Source: an uncultured Candidatus Saccharibacteria bacterium
GTDB taxonomy: Bacteria > Patescibacteriota > Minisyncoccia > UBA6257 > 2-01-FULL-56-20
Direction: 5' to 3'
NCBI GenBank assembly: GCA_965231155.1
Contig: OZ246418.1
Span: 368,751 to 432,750, forward strand
Length of the DNA: 64,000 nucleotides
Part shown: one piece after another, positions 1-10,174 of the stretch
How the letters are laid out: each line of letters begins with the position of its first letter
Numbering within the stretch: position 1 is the stretch's first letter
Made by a program: the position numbers and the translations under genes
Notes under the pieces: generated by a model
Databases searched by the model: none
The model's input: only the letters and a program-made list of their open reading frames with translations
Told to the model about the DNA's origin: nothing

Positions 1-1
1 T

Positions 2-1165
2 CTTGATTATGCAGCTTCAACTCCAGTGGCGCCGGAGGTTTTGAAGGCGATGAAACCCTACTGGTCTGAACGATTTGGGAATCCCGGATCGTTACATTCT
101 TTTGGCCAGGAGGCGATGACGGCCGTCGATCAGAGTCGAGAGCAGATTGCCAATCTTATTGGCGCGCAGTTTCGGGAGATTATTTTTACTGGCTCAGCGA
201 CTGAGGCAAATAATCTTGTGCTTCGTGGCACGGTGATGGCTTGGAAAAAGAAAAATCCTCAGCTCACGCCACGGATTATTGTTTCAGCAATTGAACACGA
301 GGCCATTTTGGAGACAGCGCGTGATTTAGAAAAGGAGGGAGTGGAGGTGGTATATCTTCCTGTTGATGCAGAAGGGATGGTGCGAAGAAACGAGCTTATT
401 GCTTCTTTGAACGATCAAACAGTGTTGGTTTCTATTATGTATGGGAATAATGAAGTGGGGACGATTCAGTCGATAGAGGAGATTGTGAAAGTTATTAGTG
501 AGTTTCGTGCGGAGAGAGGATCTTTATATCCATTGTTGCATACTGATGCGGCGCAGGCTTTTCCTTACAGAAGTCTACGAGTGGATGAGCTGGCCGTTGA
601 TTATGCAACTTTTTCTGGTCACAAAATGTATAGTCCAAAGGGAGTGGGGGTGCTGTATGCTCGACAACTTACCGAACATCAACTTCTTTCGCCAGTAATG
701 ACTGGGGGTGGTCAGGAGTTTGGTTTTCGTTCAGGTACCGAGAACGTGCCTCTGATTGTTGGCCTGGCTCGAGGAATGATTCTGGCAGACGAGCACCGAA
801 CGAAAGAAGCGAAGCGCCTTTATGCTTTTAAAGATTTATTTTTTAAGGAATTAAGGAAGGCAGACCGAAAGATTTTACTCAATGGTTCGGCTACAGAAAG
901 AGGCCTGCCACACATTCTCAGCGTTTCTTTTTCTAAAATAGTGGCTTCCGATCTTTTGGTGTACCTGGATCTTCATGGCATAGCAGTTTCTACTGGTTCG
1001 GCTTGTCAGGCGAGATCACCGAAACCTTCCCATGTACTGAAGGCTTTGAGTTTCGAGGCGGGGCGTATTAATAGAAGTGTGCGGTTTGGTTTTGGACGGG
1101 AGACGACGAAAGGGGAGTTGAACGCCACGGTGCGGTTGATAAAAGGAAGGTTGGAGAGAAAATAA
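2..1165 (+). CDS. iscS: Cysteine desulfurase (class V aminotransferase, IscS/NifS family), 5' partial (gene starts upstream of window)
   Basis: Reading frame is open from base 2 (LDYAASTPVAPEV...). PLP-lysine motif SGHKMYSPKGVGVLY. C-terminal active-site region STGSACQA. Stop at 1165. Confidence 0.8.
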   Translation, partial: LDYAASTPVAPEVLKAMKPYWSERFGNPGSLHSFGQEAMTAVDQSREQIANLIGAQFREIIFTGSATEANNLVLRGTVMAWKKKNPQLTPRIIVSAIEHEAILETARDLEKEGVEVVYLPVDAEGMVRRNELIASLNDQTVLVSIMYGNNEVGTIQSIEEIVKVISEFRAERGSLYPLLHTDAAQAFPYRSLRVDELAVDYATFSGHKMYSPKGVGVLYARQLTEHQLLSPVMTGGGQEFGFRSGTENVPLIVGLARGMILADEHRTKEAKRLYAFKDLFFKELRKADRKILLNGSATERGLPHILSVSFSKIVASDLLVYLDLHGIAVSTGSACQARSPKPSHVLKALSFEAGRINRSVRFGFGRETTKGELNATVRLIKGRLERK

Positions 1166-1195
1166 AGAACTTTGTGTGTGCCCCAACGAGAGTTC

Positions 1196-1239
1196 CTGTT
1201 ATTTTTCCATTATGCCTTTTGGATATGGAAAAATAGTAG
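1196..1239 (+). promoter_or_regulatory. Long hairpin (about 15 bp stem) with the 14-nt loop TATGCCTTTTGGAT; the same loop recurs at 5385..5426
   Basis: cctgttatttttccat / atggaaaaatagta pair around the loop TATGCCTTTTGGAT. It is followed by GAGTC and TTGACT. Confidence 0.5.
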
Positions 1240-1251
1240 AAACACGAGTCT

Positions 1252-1280
1252 TTGACTGATTACCAATTTTTGTGTACAAT
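1252..1280 (+). promoter_or_regulatory. Sigma70-like promoter for clpB (TTGACT-N17-TACAAT)
   Basis: TTGACT at 1252-1257, 17-nt spacer, TACAAT at 1275-1280. clpB ATG is at 1304. Confidence 0.5.
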
Positions 1281-1303
1281 AGATTTTAAATCAATAACTT
1301 ATT

Positions 1304-3937
1304 ATGGCTAATTTCAATCGTTTTACTATTAAAGCCCAAGAAGCCCTACAGAACGCCCAGGAGTTGGCTGCGGTGAAGAATCATGGCGAACTGAAGGCTT
1401 TGCATTTACTTTCGGCGCTTATTGCGGATGGCCAGTCCTTGGTCCAGCCGGTCTTGATGCGCTCGGGTGTGAACCTTGATGAGTTGCAACGAGAGATTGA
1501 ACAGGCTTTAGAGCATTTACCGAAGATCGCTGGTGGCACCAGCGTTGGTCAACTCTATCTTTCTCAGGAGTTAATGAAGGTACTTGATCAAGCAGGGAAG
1601 GTGGCGGCCCAACAAAAAGATGAGTTTGTTTCTTGCGAGCATCTTTTACTCGGTGTTTTAGAAGTTACTTCTCAGGCTCAGGCACTTTTGCAACAGTTTG
1701 GCCTGAAACGAGATGCGGCCTTAAGAACACTGGCGCAACTTCGTGGTTCAACGCGCGTGACTGACGAGACGCCGGAATCAAAATTTCAGGTGTTTGATAA
1801 GTACGCAATTAATATGACCGACAAGGCTAAGGAGGGGAAGCTCGATCCGGTGATTGGTCGGGAGGAGGAGTTGCGTCGTCTGATTCAGGTTCTTTCTCGT
1901 CGTACCAAGAATAATCCAGTCTTAATTGGTGAGCCAGGCGTGGGAAAGACTGCCATTGTGGAAGGACTAGCTCAGCGGATTATTTCTGGTGATGTGCCAG
2001 AGTCGTTGAAGGGCAAACAGGTCTTGATGCTCGATCTGGGAGCGCTCATCGCCGGCACGAAGTTTCGTGGTGAGTTTGAGGATCGACTAAAAGCTTTTGT
2101 AAAAGAAGTAAAAAATAGTGCTGGCCAGATTATTTTGTTTATTGATGAGATTCATACCATTGTTGGGGCAGGCGCTGCGGAGGGGGCGGTAGACGCTTCG
2201 AATTTGCTGAAGCCGGCCTTAGCACGTGGTGAACTTCATGCCATTGGCGCCACGACAACTCGTGAGTATCAGCGATATATCGAAAAGGATCCTGCGTTAG
2301 AGCGACGTTTCCAGCCAATTGTGGTCGAGGAACCAAGCATTGAAGACAGTGTGACTATCTTGCGCGGTCTAAAAGAAAAATACGAAATTCATCACGGGAT
2401 TCGTATTAGTGATGAGGCGATTGTGGCCGCAGTAAATCTGTCGGCGCGCTATATTGCCGATCGTTTTTTGCCGGACAAGGCGGTTGATGTGGTTGATGAA
2501 GCAGCAGCAGCTCGTCGATTAGAAAGTGAGAGTTTGCCCAGCGAACTTGATCGTATTCGACGTGAACTTACTCGTCTTGAAGTGGAGCGACAGGCGATCG
2601 CCAAAGAACGCCACAAGGATACGGCTCGGGTGAAGGAGGTAGATAAAAAAATTGAGGAACTTAAAAAAGAAAACGACGAACTGTCTGGTCAGTGGCACGC
2701 TGAGAAGATTAAGTTTGAAACACTCCATAGTCTTCGTCAGAAAGTGGATAATTTAAAGCGAGAGGCCGAGGTGGCTGAGCGAGAGGGAAGTCTGGAACGC
2801 ATGGCTGAGATTATTTATGGCGAACTTCCTCAGTCGCAGAAAGATTTTGAGAGCTATGAGAAGAAACATTTTGGCGGTAAGAAGCAGAAAGGTGGCGATC
2901 AGCAGTTTATAAAGGAAGCGGTAGATAAGGATGATGTGGCCGCGGTGGTTGCTCGTTGGACAGGGATTCCAGTGCAACGCATGTTGGAGACTGAAGGCGA
3001 AAAACTTGTCCGTATCGAGGACGTCCTCCATGAGCGGGTGGTTGGACAGGATGAGGCAATCCAGGCGGTGGCTTCGGCCTTACGTCGCGTACGCGCTGGT
3101 TTGTCAGATGAGAATCGTCCTCTTGGCTCTTTTATGTTCCTTGGGCCAACGGGTGTTGGTAAGACTGAGTTAGCTCGCGCGCTGGCTGAGTTTATGTTCA
3201 ACGACGAGAAGGCAATCGTTCGTATTGATATGTCGGAGTATATGGAGCGATACGCCACGAGTCGTTTGATTGGTTCACCGCCGGGCTATGTTGGCCATGA
3301 GGAAGGTGGACAGCTGACCGAGATTATTCGTCATCGCCCATACAGCCTGATTCTTTTTGATGAAATAGAAAAAGCTCATCCCGAAGTCTTCAATATATTA
3401 CTTCAGGTTTTAGACAACGGCCGGTTGACTGACAGTAAAGGAAAGACGGTGAACTTCAAGAACACGATTATCATTATGACCTCGAACGTGGGAAGTCACT
3501 ACTTGAAGTCGATTGCCGATCTTGGGTTCAAGAGCGACAAGGGCAAGGGAGAGAAGTCGGAGAATAATGACTACCGAAGCAAGGTTTTGGGCGCCCTAAA
3601 GGAGTCGTTCCGACCAGAGTTCCTGAATCGTATTGATGAACTGATTGTGTTTGATCCATTGCGCGAAGCGGCTATGCAGAAAATTGTGGATATTCAGCTA
3701 AAGGCTATCGAAAAGCGTTTGGCCGATCGACGCATTGTGTTACAGATCGATGATAAGGCCAGAGAGTATCTCGCCAAAGAGGGTTTTGATCCTGAGTTTG
3801 GGGCGCGACCGATCAAACGTCTTATTCAGAAAGTTATCTTAGATCATCTCGCAAATCGTATAATTAAAGGTGAGTTAAAAGATGGAGGAAAAATTAAAAT
3901 TAGTTCGCGCGCTAATTCCCTGGTCTTTAGTAGTTAG
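1304..3937 (+). CDS. clpB: ATP-dependent chaperone ClpB (two AAA+ modules with coiled-coil middle domain)
   Basis: 877 aa. Clp_N repeats at the N-terminus. Walker [19 protein letters not shown] and second Walker [16 protein letters not shown]. Long coiled-coil M-domain ([13 protein letters not shown]...). Sensor/arginine-finger regions present. Confidence 0.95.
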   Translation: MANFNRFTIKAQEALQNAQELAAVKNHGELKALHLLSALIADGQSLVQPVLMRSGVNLDELQREIEQALEHLPKIAGGTSVGQLYLSQELMKVLDQAGKVAAQQKDEFVSCEHLLLGVLEVTSQAQALLQQFGLKRDAALRTLAQLRGSTRVTDETPESKFQVFDKYAINMTDKAKEGKLDPVIGREEELRRLIQVLSRRTKNNPVLIGEPGVGKTAIVEGLAQRIISGDVPESLKGKQVLMLDLGALIAGTKFRGEFEDRLKAFVKEVKNSAGQIILFIDEIHTIVGAGAAEGAVDASNLLKPALARGELHAIGATTTREYQRYIEKDPALERRFQPIVVEEPSIEDSVTILRGLKEKYEIHHGIRISDEAIVAAVNLSARYIADRFLPDKAVDVVDEAAAARRLESESLPSELDRIRRELTRLEVERQAIAKERHKDTARVKEVDKKIEELKKENDELSGQWHAEKIKFETLHSLRQKVDNLKREAEVAEREGSLERMAEIIYGELPQSQKDFESYEKKHFGGKKQKGGDQQFIKEAVDKDDVAAVVARWTGIPVQRMLETEGEKLVRIEDVLHERVVGQDEAIQAVASALRRVRAGLSDENRPLGSFMFLGPTGVGKTELARALAEFMFNDEKAIVRIDMSEYMERYATSRLIGSPPGYVGHEEGGQLTEIIRHRPYSLILFDEIEKAHPEVFNILLQVLDNGRLTDSKGKTVNFKNTIIIMTSNVGSHYLKSIADLGFKSDKGKGEKSENNDYRSKVLGALKESFRPEFLNRIDELIVFDPLREAAMQKIVDIQLKAIEKRLADRRIVLQIDDKAREYLAKEGFDPEFGARPIKRLIQKVILDHLANRIIKGELKDGGKIKISSRANSLVFSS

Positions 3938-3950
3938 GGGAGCGGTTTTT

Positions 3951-4589
3951 GGGGTGGCCTGGTTTTTCCTACCATTCCTCTTTTTCGTGGCCGTCGCTAC
4001 TTTCCTTTTCTTACAGCCACCATTTCAGGCCTGGCGTTTTTTCCCGGTTTTTTTTCTGATTATTTTCCTTGCATATATGATCCCCGCCAGTTTCTGGGCG
4101 GGCTTATTACTCTCGATCCTCTTCCTGACTACCCTAGGCATAAAGAATCTCCTGCTTGTTGACCGTGAGCTTTCGGCGGAAGTTTTTTTGTTTATTATTT
4201 CATTTCTTCTGTGGTTCCTTCTTTTTACCACTCAGGCACGGGGAGACTTTGCTTTCTTTCTTCTTGCGCTTAGCGTAATTGGCGCACACCTTCTCCTTCT
4301 CCGATTTCTATTTAAGGTGAGTCAAACAACAGTCCTGGCTACTGGTTTCTCATTTCTGTTGATGCTTTTCGGCCTATTATCTTTGCAGTTGGTATGGGTG
4401 ACCAGCCTCCTGCCTCTTTCCGCCATCTTTGCGGCGTTATTCCTAGGGCTTTTCTCTGGTGTTTTCTGGGAGTTTTTGTTGGTTTACTACCTACATCTTT
4501 GGAATCCTCAGAAAACCAAGATAATTATCTCTGGTATTGTTTTCTTAGTGGGTATCTTTATTTCTCCGGCCCTTTCCTTTTTAATGTAG
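3951..4589 (+). CDS. Polytopic membrane protein, function unknown. Start uncertain: GTG at 3951 just after the clpB stop, versus ATG at 3882 which overlaps clpB by 55 nt.
   Basis: Highly hydrophobic ORF with multiple predicted TM helices. AGGGGAG Shine-Dalgarno-like sequence upstream of GTG 3951. Confidence 0.4.
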   Translation, partial: GVAWFFLPFLFFVAVATFLFLQPPFQAWRFFPVFFLIIFLAYMIPASFWAGLLLSILFLTTLGIKNLLLVDRELSAEVFLFIISFLLWFLLFTTQARGDFAFFLLALSVIGAHLLLLRFLFKVSQTTVLATGFSFLLMLFGLLSLQLVWVTSLLPLSAIFAALFLGLFSGVFWEFLLVYYLHLWNPQKTKIIISGIVFLVGIFISPALSFLM

Positions 4590-4591
4590 TG

Positions 4592-5368
4592 ATGGAAAAG
4601 ATCACCACCCTGGTTTTGCCCATGGCTGGTCGGGGAATGCGCCTGAGGCCACTGACTAATGATCGGCCCAAGGCACTTGTGCCTCTTTTCGGGAAACCGC
4701 TTCTGGAATATTTTCTTGAGGAAGCCGTTCTCTCTGGTATCAAAGATGTGGTGCTCATTATTAGTCCGGAGTATCGAGAGCAACTGAGTGAATATACGAA
4801 AAATGTAGCTGATCGTTTTTCCGGGCTGAACTTCCATATTTATGATCAAGTTGAGCCATGGGGACATGGTCGAGCTGTTCTTGTTGCATACGATTTCTTA
4901 AAGGGGAAGCCTTTTATTATTCGTTTTTCTGACGATGTGATATTTGGAGACGAACCGGCGACGGCTTCGCTTTCCCGTCTTTTCGACGAACACAAACAGC
5001 CACTTATCCTCCTCGAGCCTGTACCTCACGAAAAAGCTTCCTCGTACGGAGTGGTTGGTGTGGTCGAGTCTTTGAACGATGACCTCCATCGCATCTCTCA
5101 TCTTGTCGAAAAACCAAAAGATCCGCCATCAAACCTGACGGTAGTGGGAGGCTATGTTATCACTCCAGACCTCCTTGAGCATCTGAAGCAGGCGGATGTG
5201 ATTGCACCACAGGTTGCTGACGGTCTTCTTATTAATGAAGCGTTTTATCGTGAGCTGGGGAGAGGGGGGAGTATTTTAGGCTGGCAGTTTACTGGTCGTC
5301 GTTTTGACTGTGGGAATCTTGAGGGATTTTACGAAGCCGAAGCGTTTCTGAAAGAAAAGAATTCCTAG
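4592..5368 (+). CDS. Sugar-1-phosphate nucleotidyltransferase (UTP-glucose-1-phosphate uridylyltransferase GalU-like)
   Basis: N-terminal LVLPMAGRGMRLRPLTNDRPKALVPLFGKPLLEY matches the G-x-G-T-R nucleotidyltransferase signature. VEKPK motif present. ATG at 4592 is in frame with ORF 4394, whose upstream part overlaps the preceding membrane gene. Confidence 0.7.
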   Translation: MEKITTLVLPMAGRGMRLRPLTNDRPKALVPLFGKPLLEYFLEEAVLSGIKDVVLIISPEYREQLSEYTKNVADRFSGLNFHIYDQVEPWGHGRAVLVAYDFLKGKPFIIRFSDDVIFGDEPATASLSRLFDEHKQPLILLEPVPHEKASSYGVVGVVESLNDDLHRISHLVEKPKDPPSNLTVVGGYVITPDLLEHLKQADVIAPQVADGLLINEAFYRELGRGGSILGWQFTGRRFDCGNLEGFYEAEAFLKEKNS

Positions 5369-5384
5369 CTGAATACTTTCACTT

Positions 5385-5426
5385 TCTTTAGTTCTCATTA
5401 TGCCTTTTGGATATGAGAACTAAAGA
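5385..5426 (+). promoter_or_regulatory. Second copy of the hairpin with invariant loop TATGCCTTTTGGAT (different 13-14 bp stem)
   Basis: tctttagttctcat / atgagaactaaaga pair around the identical 14-nt loop. Followed by GAGTCCGTTGACA (-35-like TTGACA at 5441-5446; possible -10 TAAACT at 5465-5470). Confidence 0.5.
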
Positions 5427-5551
5427 GAACCCTGAGTCCGTTGACAGGGTTTCTTCAACTCTGTTAAACTGGGCCATCTACTAGATAGTTCGTACTCCCG
5501 CTCGCTACTATCTCCGACTTCTTCTAGGGATCGCTTTAGTTCCTCATTTTT

Positions 5552-6346
5552 ATGAAAGAAGATTTCGACCGCAGTCCATATACCAAGAAAGCTTTTGAAC
5601 TTGCCTATGCCATGTTGCGAATAGGGGAGTCTTTAGAAGCAGGTAGTGTGCGTTCACGACTGGATCTGTTGGCTCATCAGATTCTTGAGGTTTTCACAGA
5701 AAGTCAGTACAAGAAGGCGCCGAATCTTATTGAGGGGGCGGGGTGGTTTGTACGGTTATGGACCGACTCAGAAATTATTCACAGGCATCTCGGCGAGGCC
5801 TTATTGGTGGAACTCTCTAAACTAAAAAACTTGGCTGAGGTGGCAGAGAAAGAGAAGTCTCGAGTTGATGATTTTTATACGCTTACACCACCTTCTTCCG
5901 GCAATTCTGTTTCGTCTCCTGCCGAACAGAAGTCTCAAACTAAAAAAGACCGTCCAGTTGCTAGGATAATTGATCGTACTTTGCCGGATAGATTGCCGAA
6001 TGAGAATAATGCCCATCACTACAACTCCTCCTCGAGGCAGTCGGCTATACTTGCCTTTTTTAAGGGAAGGCCGTCATCCGGCAACATACTGCCCGTTTGC
6101 CGAATGAAAGATATACAGGAAAGTTTTCCGAATGTCAGCGAAAGAACGCTTCGGTATGATTTGCAGAAACTGGTTGAAGAAGGAGCTATTGATCGAGTCG
6201 GGGCTGGACCAATGAGTGCGTATCGCTTGGCGAGAACCGCCTCTCCGGTCGTAACTTTACCTCCAGACAATCGTTATAATAGTCAGCTTCTCCAGAAAGG
6301 GCCCCTTGGAGAGGGGACTGGAAAAGTTCTCGAGAATTCGTTATAG
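5552..6346 (+). CDS. Hypothetical protein with C-terminal DeoR-type winged helix-turn-helix (possible transcription regulator)
   Basis: C-terminal SERTLRYDLQKLVEEGAIDRVGAGPMSAYRL resembles the DeoR-family HTH (vSerTiRrDL..Le..G.l.Rv.GGA). Low-complexity Ser/Asn linker. N-terminal helical region. Confidence 0.55.
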   Translation: MKEDFDRSPYTKKAFELAYAMLRIGESLEAGSVRSRLDLLAHQILEVFTESQYKKAPNLIEGAGWFVRLWTDSEIIHRHLGEALLVELSKLKNLAEVAEKEKSRVDDFYTLTPPSSGNSVSSPAEQKSQTKKDRPVARIIDRTLPDRLPNENNAHHYNSSSRQSAILAFFKGRPSSGNILPVCRMKDIQESFPNVSERTLRYDLQKLVEEGAIDRVGAGPMSAYRLARTASPVVTLPPDNRYNSQLLQKGPLGEGTGKVLENSL

Positions 6347-6449
6347 TGGTTCCCAAGTTGTTCAGTGTGAGGCTGAGCAAAGATCGTGTTCTTAGGGGAT
6401 ATTCTCCTAAGACTCTATAGGCACTTTTGTGCCATCTTTGTTTATAAGC

Positions 6450-6478
6450 CTCGCCTCACAGCGAGTTCTTTTTTTTGT
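6450..6478 (+). terminator. Candidate rho-independent terminator (short stem plus U-tract)
   Basis: cctcgc-ctcaca-gcgag followed by ttcttttttttg. Confidence 0.4.
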
Positions 6479-6654
6479 TATGGCGTTGGCTGTCTCCTTG
6501 GTTCCTTCCCCCTCATCCTCACTGGTGGGCGATGGGTCGAAAACGCGGAGAGTAGTCATTCTGAAATAGTATTTTTCCTCAAAGGTCGAGGATCAATGAA
6601 TAGGAATCTATTCTTTGGTCGATACAACAAACAAATAAGTCAATTAATTAATAA

Positions 6655-9600
6655 ATGAGTAAATCAACAAAGAAAGTTCTTTCCGCAGCGCTTTCCGCGA
6701 CCACCGCTGTGTGGATGTCGGGAGCGATGCTTCTTGTTCCTGTTGCTCATGCTCAGTCAACTGCTGACTTAACTGCTCAGATCTCTGGTCTTTTGGCCAT
6801 GATCCAGCAGCTCCAGGCTCAGTTGAATGCGAAGGGTGGCACAACAATGCCAGCTTCTATTCCTTCCAGCGACCTCACCGTTGGTTCGAAAGGTGCTGAC
6901 GTTTCTGCCCTCCAGCAGATTCTGATCAATGGTGGCTATCTCAAGATTGCCGCTCCGACCGGAACCTTTGGCCCTCTTACAAAGGCGGCCTTAGCAGCAT
7001 GGCAGGCAGCGAATAATGTTTCTCCAGCCGCTGGTTATTATGGTGCGAAGACTCGTGCAGCTTTGGCTGCTTCGATGCCAACGAATCCTACTAACCCAAC
7101 GAATCCTACTAGTCCAACGAATCCAACAGCTCCAGCTTCTGGATTGGTCGTAAGCTTGGCTTCCGACAACCCAACTGCTGGTTCTCTGATTGCAGGTGCT
7201 GGTCGCACCCCAGTTTTGGCGGTCAATTTGACTGCTGGAAACTCGAGTGGCGTAACCGTATCTGAAATCAAGTTCACCAAACAGGGTGTTCTCTCTGACA
7301 CCGCGATCTCTGGAGCGTACCTCGTCGAAAACGGCAAGGTGCTCTCTCAGTACAGCTCGTTGAACCAGGGAGTTATCTCTTTCTCTGGTGTTAACTTGAG
7401 TGTAGCTGCTGGTCAGACTCGCAAGGTCTGGTTGGCAATTGATCCAGCTTCAACTCTCGCAGCCGGTAACACGGTTTCGTTTGCAGTTACTGCTGGTAGC
7501 GTGATGGCAGTTGATGCTGCCAATACGGTTGTTACCCCAGCTGGTAACTTCCCATTGAATGGCAACGTCTTCACCGTAACCACCGTTTCTAGTCCATCGA
7601 TTGCTACCTTCGGCTTGACCGCGGTATCAGTTGGTGCATCAGTCACGGCCGGTGAGATGGCTCGCCCAGTGGCTCAGTACACTTTGGTTCCAGTTAACAG
7701 CCCAGTTATCCTGAAGTCTATCAACTTCCGAGTGACTGGTTCAGCCAACAAGAGTGACATCAGAAATGTCAAACTTATGCTGAACGGTCAGCAGGTTGGT
7801 GATACCTTGCCACAGGTGGCAGCTGATGGAAGTGCCTATTTCAATCTTGAAAATGGTTCAACCTCAGTGAAGATCAACACTGGTTCTTCTAACTTGCAGG
7901 TTCATGCAGACATCATGGGTTCTCCGAGCTTTACCTTTAAGTTCCAGCTCTTGAACGGTTTTGATGTCCTCGCCTTGGACTCGCAGTATGGTGTTCCAGT
8001 GGCCGCTTCTGTAACGACCACCAATGAGACTCAGATCACGATTGCTCAGGGTAAGATCACCTTATCCTTGGCTTCGGATACACCAACTGGTCAGATTGCA
8101 AAGGGTGGTTCGGCCACAAACTTGGCCAAGTTCACCTTGTACGCAGCTGGTGAGCCAATCCGGGTTAAGTTCTTGAGCTTCACGTTGACCTTCACCGGTA
8201 CAACGACGACCTTGTCGTCAATGATTAAGAATATTGCCTTGGTTGACGATGCCGGTGCTCAGGTTGGTTCAACGATTAGCACTCCAACAAGTGGAAACAC
8301 TTGTAGCGTTGGTGGTTCGACCGTAACGGCCGGCTACAATGCTGCAGGAACAATCTACACAGATTGTTTCGGAACTGCTTCTTCGCCAATCAACTACACC
8401 GTGCCAGCAAACACGACTCGGGTACTCACCCTCCGGGGCGACATCCAGTCGGGAGCTGGTTTCACGACGATTTTGGGAGGTTTGTCTAGCCACGCTGGAG
8501 ATTCAAACATCCAGGGTATGACTTCAAGCCAGACCAATTCGACCGCTCAGGTTGCAGGAAGCGCGCTTACTTTGGTAAGCAGCACCTTGACCTCAGCAGC
8601 CAACTCAGCAATCGGTACCCAGACAGTTTCTACCAACCAGGCTAATGTGTTGATCGGTTCCTACTCTTTGAAAGCTTCAACAGCTGAAGGAGTGAACTTG
8701 AACACCATTCAGATCACCACGAGTGCTTCGGGAACCTTGTTCTCGAACCTTCGCTTGATGGTCGGTAATGTCCAGTTTGGTACGACTCAGTCGAGTGTTG
8801 ATGCCAGCACTCCTTACAGTTTCTCTGGCACCTTAAACATTCCTTCTGGTCAGACCAAGATTGTTGATGTGTATGCCAATGCACTTTCTTCGATTGGTAG
8901 CGGTACGACCTATCCAGCCATTACCTCCCTTACCGGATGTACTGGTCAGGGTGCAGTCACCTATACTTCGGTGACTGGTTGTACAGCGACTGGTCAGAGC
9001 GTTCTTGGTGCAAGTGGTGCAACCATCACGGCTACCGTTGATGCTTCCTCGCCTCAGGCACGTCAGATCGTGGCAGGATCAACTCAGGTACCGTTGGCTA
9101 CCTTCCGCTTCAACGAGACTTCTAACGTTGAAAACGTGAAGATCAGCAACTTGGTTGTCTTCCAGCAGGTGTCCGCTACTTCTTCCGTGAAATCGACGTT
9201 TAGCGACCTCGGTATCTACGTCGGAAGTGAGACTTCACCTCGCGGTACTTCCCAGAACGGAACTGCGGCTGCTTCTAGCTCGAACCCTGGTGCTGGTTAC
9301 TACCACCAGTTCTCCTTCGCTGACCCATTGGTTGTTCCTAAGAATGGAGCCCTCTTGGTCACTTTGAAGGGTAATGTTGGTACCTTCAGTAACAGCGGTG
9401 TGACTGACAATGCTACCTTCGTCTTCAAGATCGCCACGTCCACCGATTCGGTGAACGACACGACTGCGGAGACAGTTGATGCACGAGGTCTCACTTCGAG
9501 CATTGCAGCGACAACTACCCTTAACTCGGCAACTGCAAACACAGTTACTGTCTTGAGGAACAAGTTGTCTGTCAGTGCGGCTTCCTTGAATCCTTCGACC

Positions 9601-10122
9601 AGCAACGCGGTACACACCAAGGGATCAAACGATGATCTTGGTATCATTACCTTTGCTGCTGACTCGACTGGTTCAGGCGGTGCAGTTCTGAACACAGTAA
9701 CTGTGACCTTCAGTGGTACAGCCCCATCTATCTCGACCTTCCTTGATGGAGTAACCCTCCGTTATGGTGGTACAGATGTGACCACGGCTGGTACCTTGGC
9801 TGGTATCACAGTAACTTCCGCTACTTCTTCGGCTTGTAATGGTAGCAATAACCTTACTTGTACCAAGTCGTGGAACTTCGGAACTGGACCTACCTCTGGC
9901 TTAGCGATCTCTCCTGGAACAAGCGTTGCCTTTACGCTCCAGGTTGACTCGACCAAGACTTTGGCGGGAACTTCCGGTGTGTCTCAGTCGCTCTCTGCCG
10001 CGATCGCCTCAGCGTCTGGTGTCCAGTTCTACACTGCACCTGATTCTACCGGCGCCGGACCAGTTAGCCTCCAGGCTAATGCGGTTCCGCTCACTATCAA
10101 CTCGGTATCTTACAACCCGTAA
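6655..10122 (+). CDS. Giant secreted cell-surface protein: signal peptide, PG_binding_1 peptidoglycan-binding domain, PT-repeat linker, and about 1000 aa of Ser/Thr/Gly/Ala/Val-rich beta-rich repeats
   Basis: 1155 aa. N-terminal hydrophobic signal (AVWMSGAMLLVPVAHAQ). LTVGSKGADVSALQQILINGGYL...FGPLTKAALAAWQ matches the peptidoglycan-binding domain pattern. PTNPTNPTNPTSPTNPTAP linker. Strongly compositionally biased remainder. Antisense ORFs inside are artefacts of the bias. Confidence 0.75.
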   Translation: MSKSTKKVLSAALSATTAVWMSGAMLLVPVAHAQSTADLTAQISGLLAMIQQLQAQLNAKGGTTMPASIPSSDLTVGSKGADVSALQQILINGGYLKIAAPTGTFGPLTKAALAAWQAANNVSPAAGYYGAKTRAALAASMPTNPTNPTNPTSPTNPTAPASGLVVSLASDNPTAGSLIAGAGRTPVLAVNLTAGNSSGVTVSEIKFTKQGVLSDTAISGAYLVENGKVLSQYSSLNQGVISFSGVNLSVAAGQTRKVWLAIDPASTLAAGNTVSFAVTAGSVMAVDAANTVVTPAGNFPLNGNVFTVTTVSSPSIATFGLTAVSVGASVTAGEMARPVAQYTLVPVNSPVILKSINFRVTGSANKSDIRNVKLMLNGQQVGDTLPQVAADGSAYFNLENGSTSVKINTGSSNLQVHADIMGSPSFTFKFQLLNGFDVLALDSQYGVPVAASVTTTNETQITIAQGKITLSLASDTPTGQIAKGGSATNLAKFTLYAAGEPIRVKFLSFTLTFTGTTTTLSSMIKNIALVDDAGAQVGSTISTPTSGNTCSVGGSTVTAGYNAAGTIYTDCFGTASSPINYTVPANTTRVLTLRGDIQSGAGFTTILGGLSSHAGDSNIQGMTSSQTNSTAQVAGSALTLVSSTLTSAANSAIGTQTVSTNQANVLIGSYSLKASTAEGVNLNTIQITTSASGTLFSNLRLMVGNVQFGTTQSSVDASTPYSFSGTLNIPSGQTKIVDVYANALSSIGSGTTYPAITSLTGCTGQGAVTYTSVTGCTATGQSVLGASGATITATVDASSPQARQIVAGSTQVPLATFRFNETSNVENVKISNLVVFQQVSATSSVKSTFSDLGIYVGSETSPRGTSQNGTAAASSSNPGAGYYHQFSFADPLVVPKNGALLVTLKGNVGTFSNSGVTDNATFVFKIATSTDSVNDTTAETVDARGLTSSIAATTTLNSATANTVTVLRNKLSVSAASLNPSTSNAVHTKGSNDDLGIITFAADSTGSGGAVLNTVTVTFSGTAPSISTFLDGVTLRYGGTDVTTAGTLAGITVTSATSSACNGSNNLTCTKSWNFGTGPTSGLAISPGTSVAFTLQVDSTKTLAGTSGVSQSLSAAIASASGVQFYTAPDSTGAGPVSLQANAVPLTINSVSYNP

Positions 10123-10174
10123 GACCGCTTAGTAGTGATATCGTGTGACAGATGTGATTGCTGTCACAACCCCA

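Noticed and set aside
1166-1303. HrcA/CIRCE or CtsR operator upstream of the heat-shock gene clpB
   Set aside because: Neither TTAGCACTC-N9-GAGTGCTAA nor tandem GGTCAAA heptads are present. Only a single TTTGACT, which is better explained as the -35 box.
2139-3258. Antisense and alternative-frame ORFs inside clpB (2139..2336-, 2519..2728-, 2753..3031-, 2899..3258-, 2931..3173+)
   Set aside because: They are fully embedded in the strongly supported ClpB frame. Typical shadow ORFs.
6386-6658. ORF 6386..6658 (90 aa)
   Set aside because: It spans the terminator hairpin, T-tract and A/T-rich promoter region upstream of the giant surface-protein gene, and its composition is not protein-like.
7038-9956. 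Antisense ORFs within the giant surface-protein gene (7038..7337-, 7413..7646-, 9235..9695-, 9762..9956-)
   Set aside because: They are artefacts of Ser/Thr/Gly/Ala codon bias on the opposite strand.
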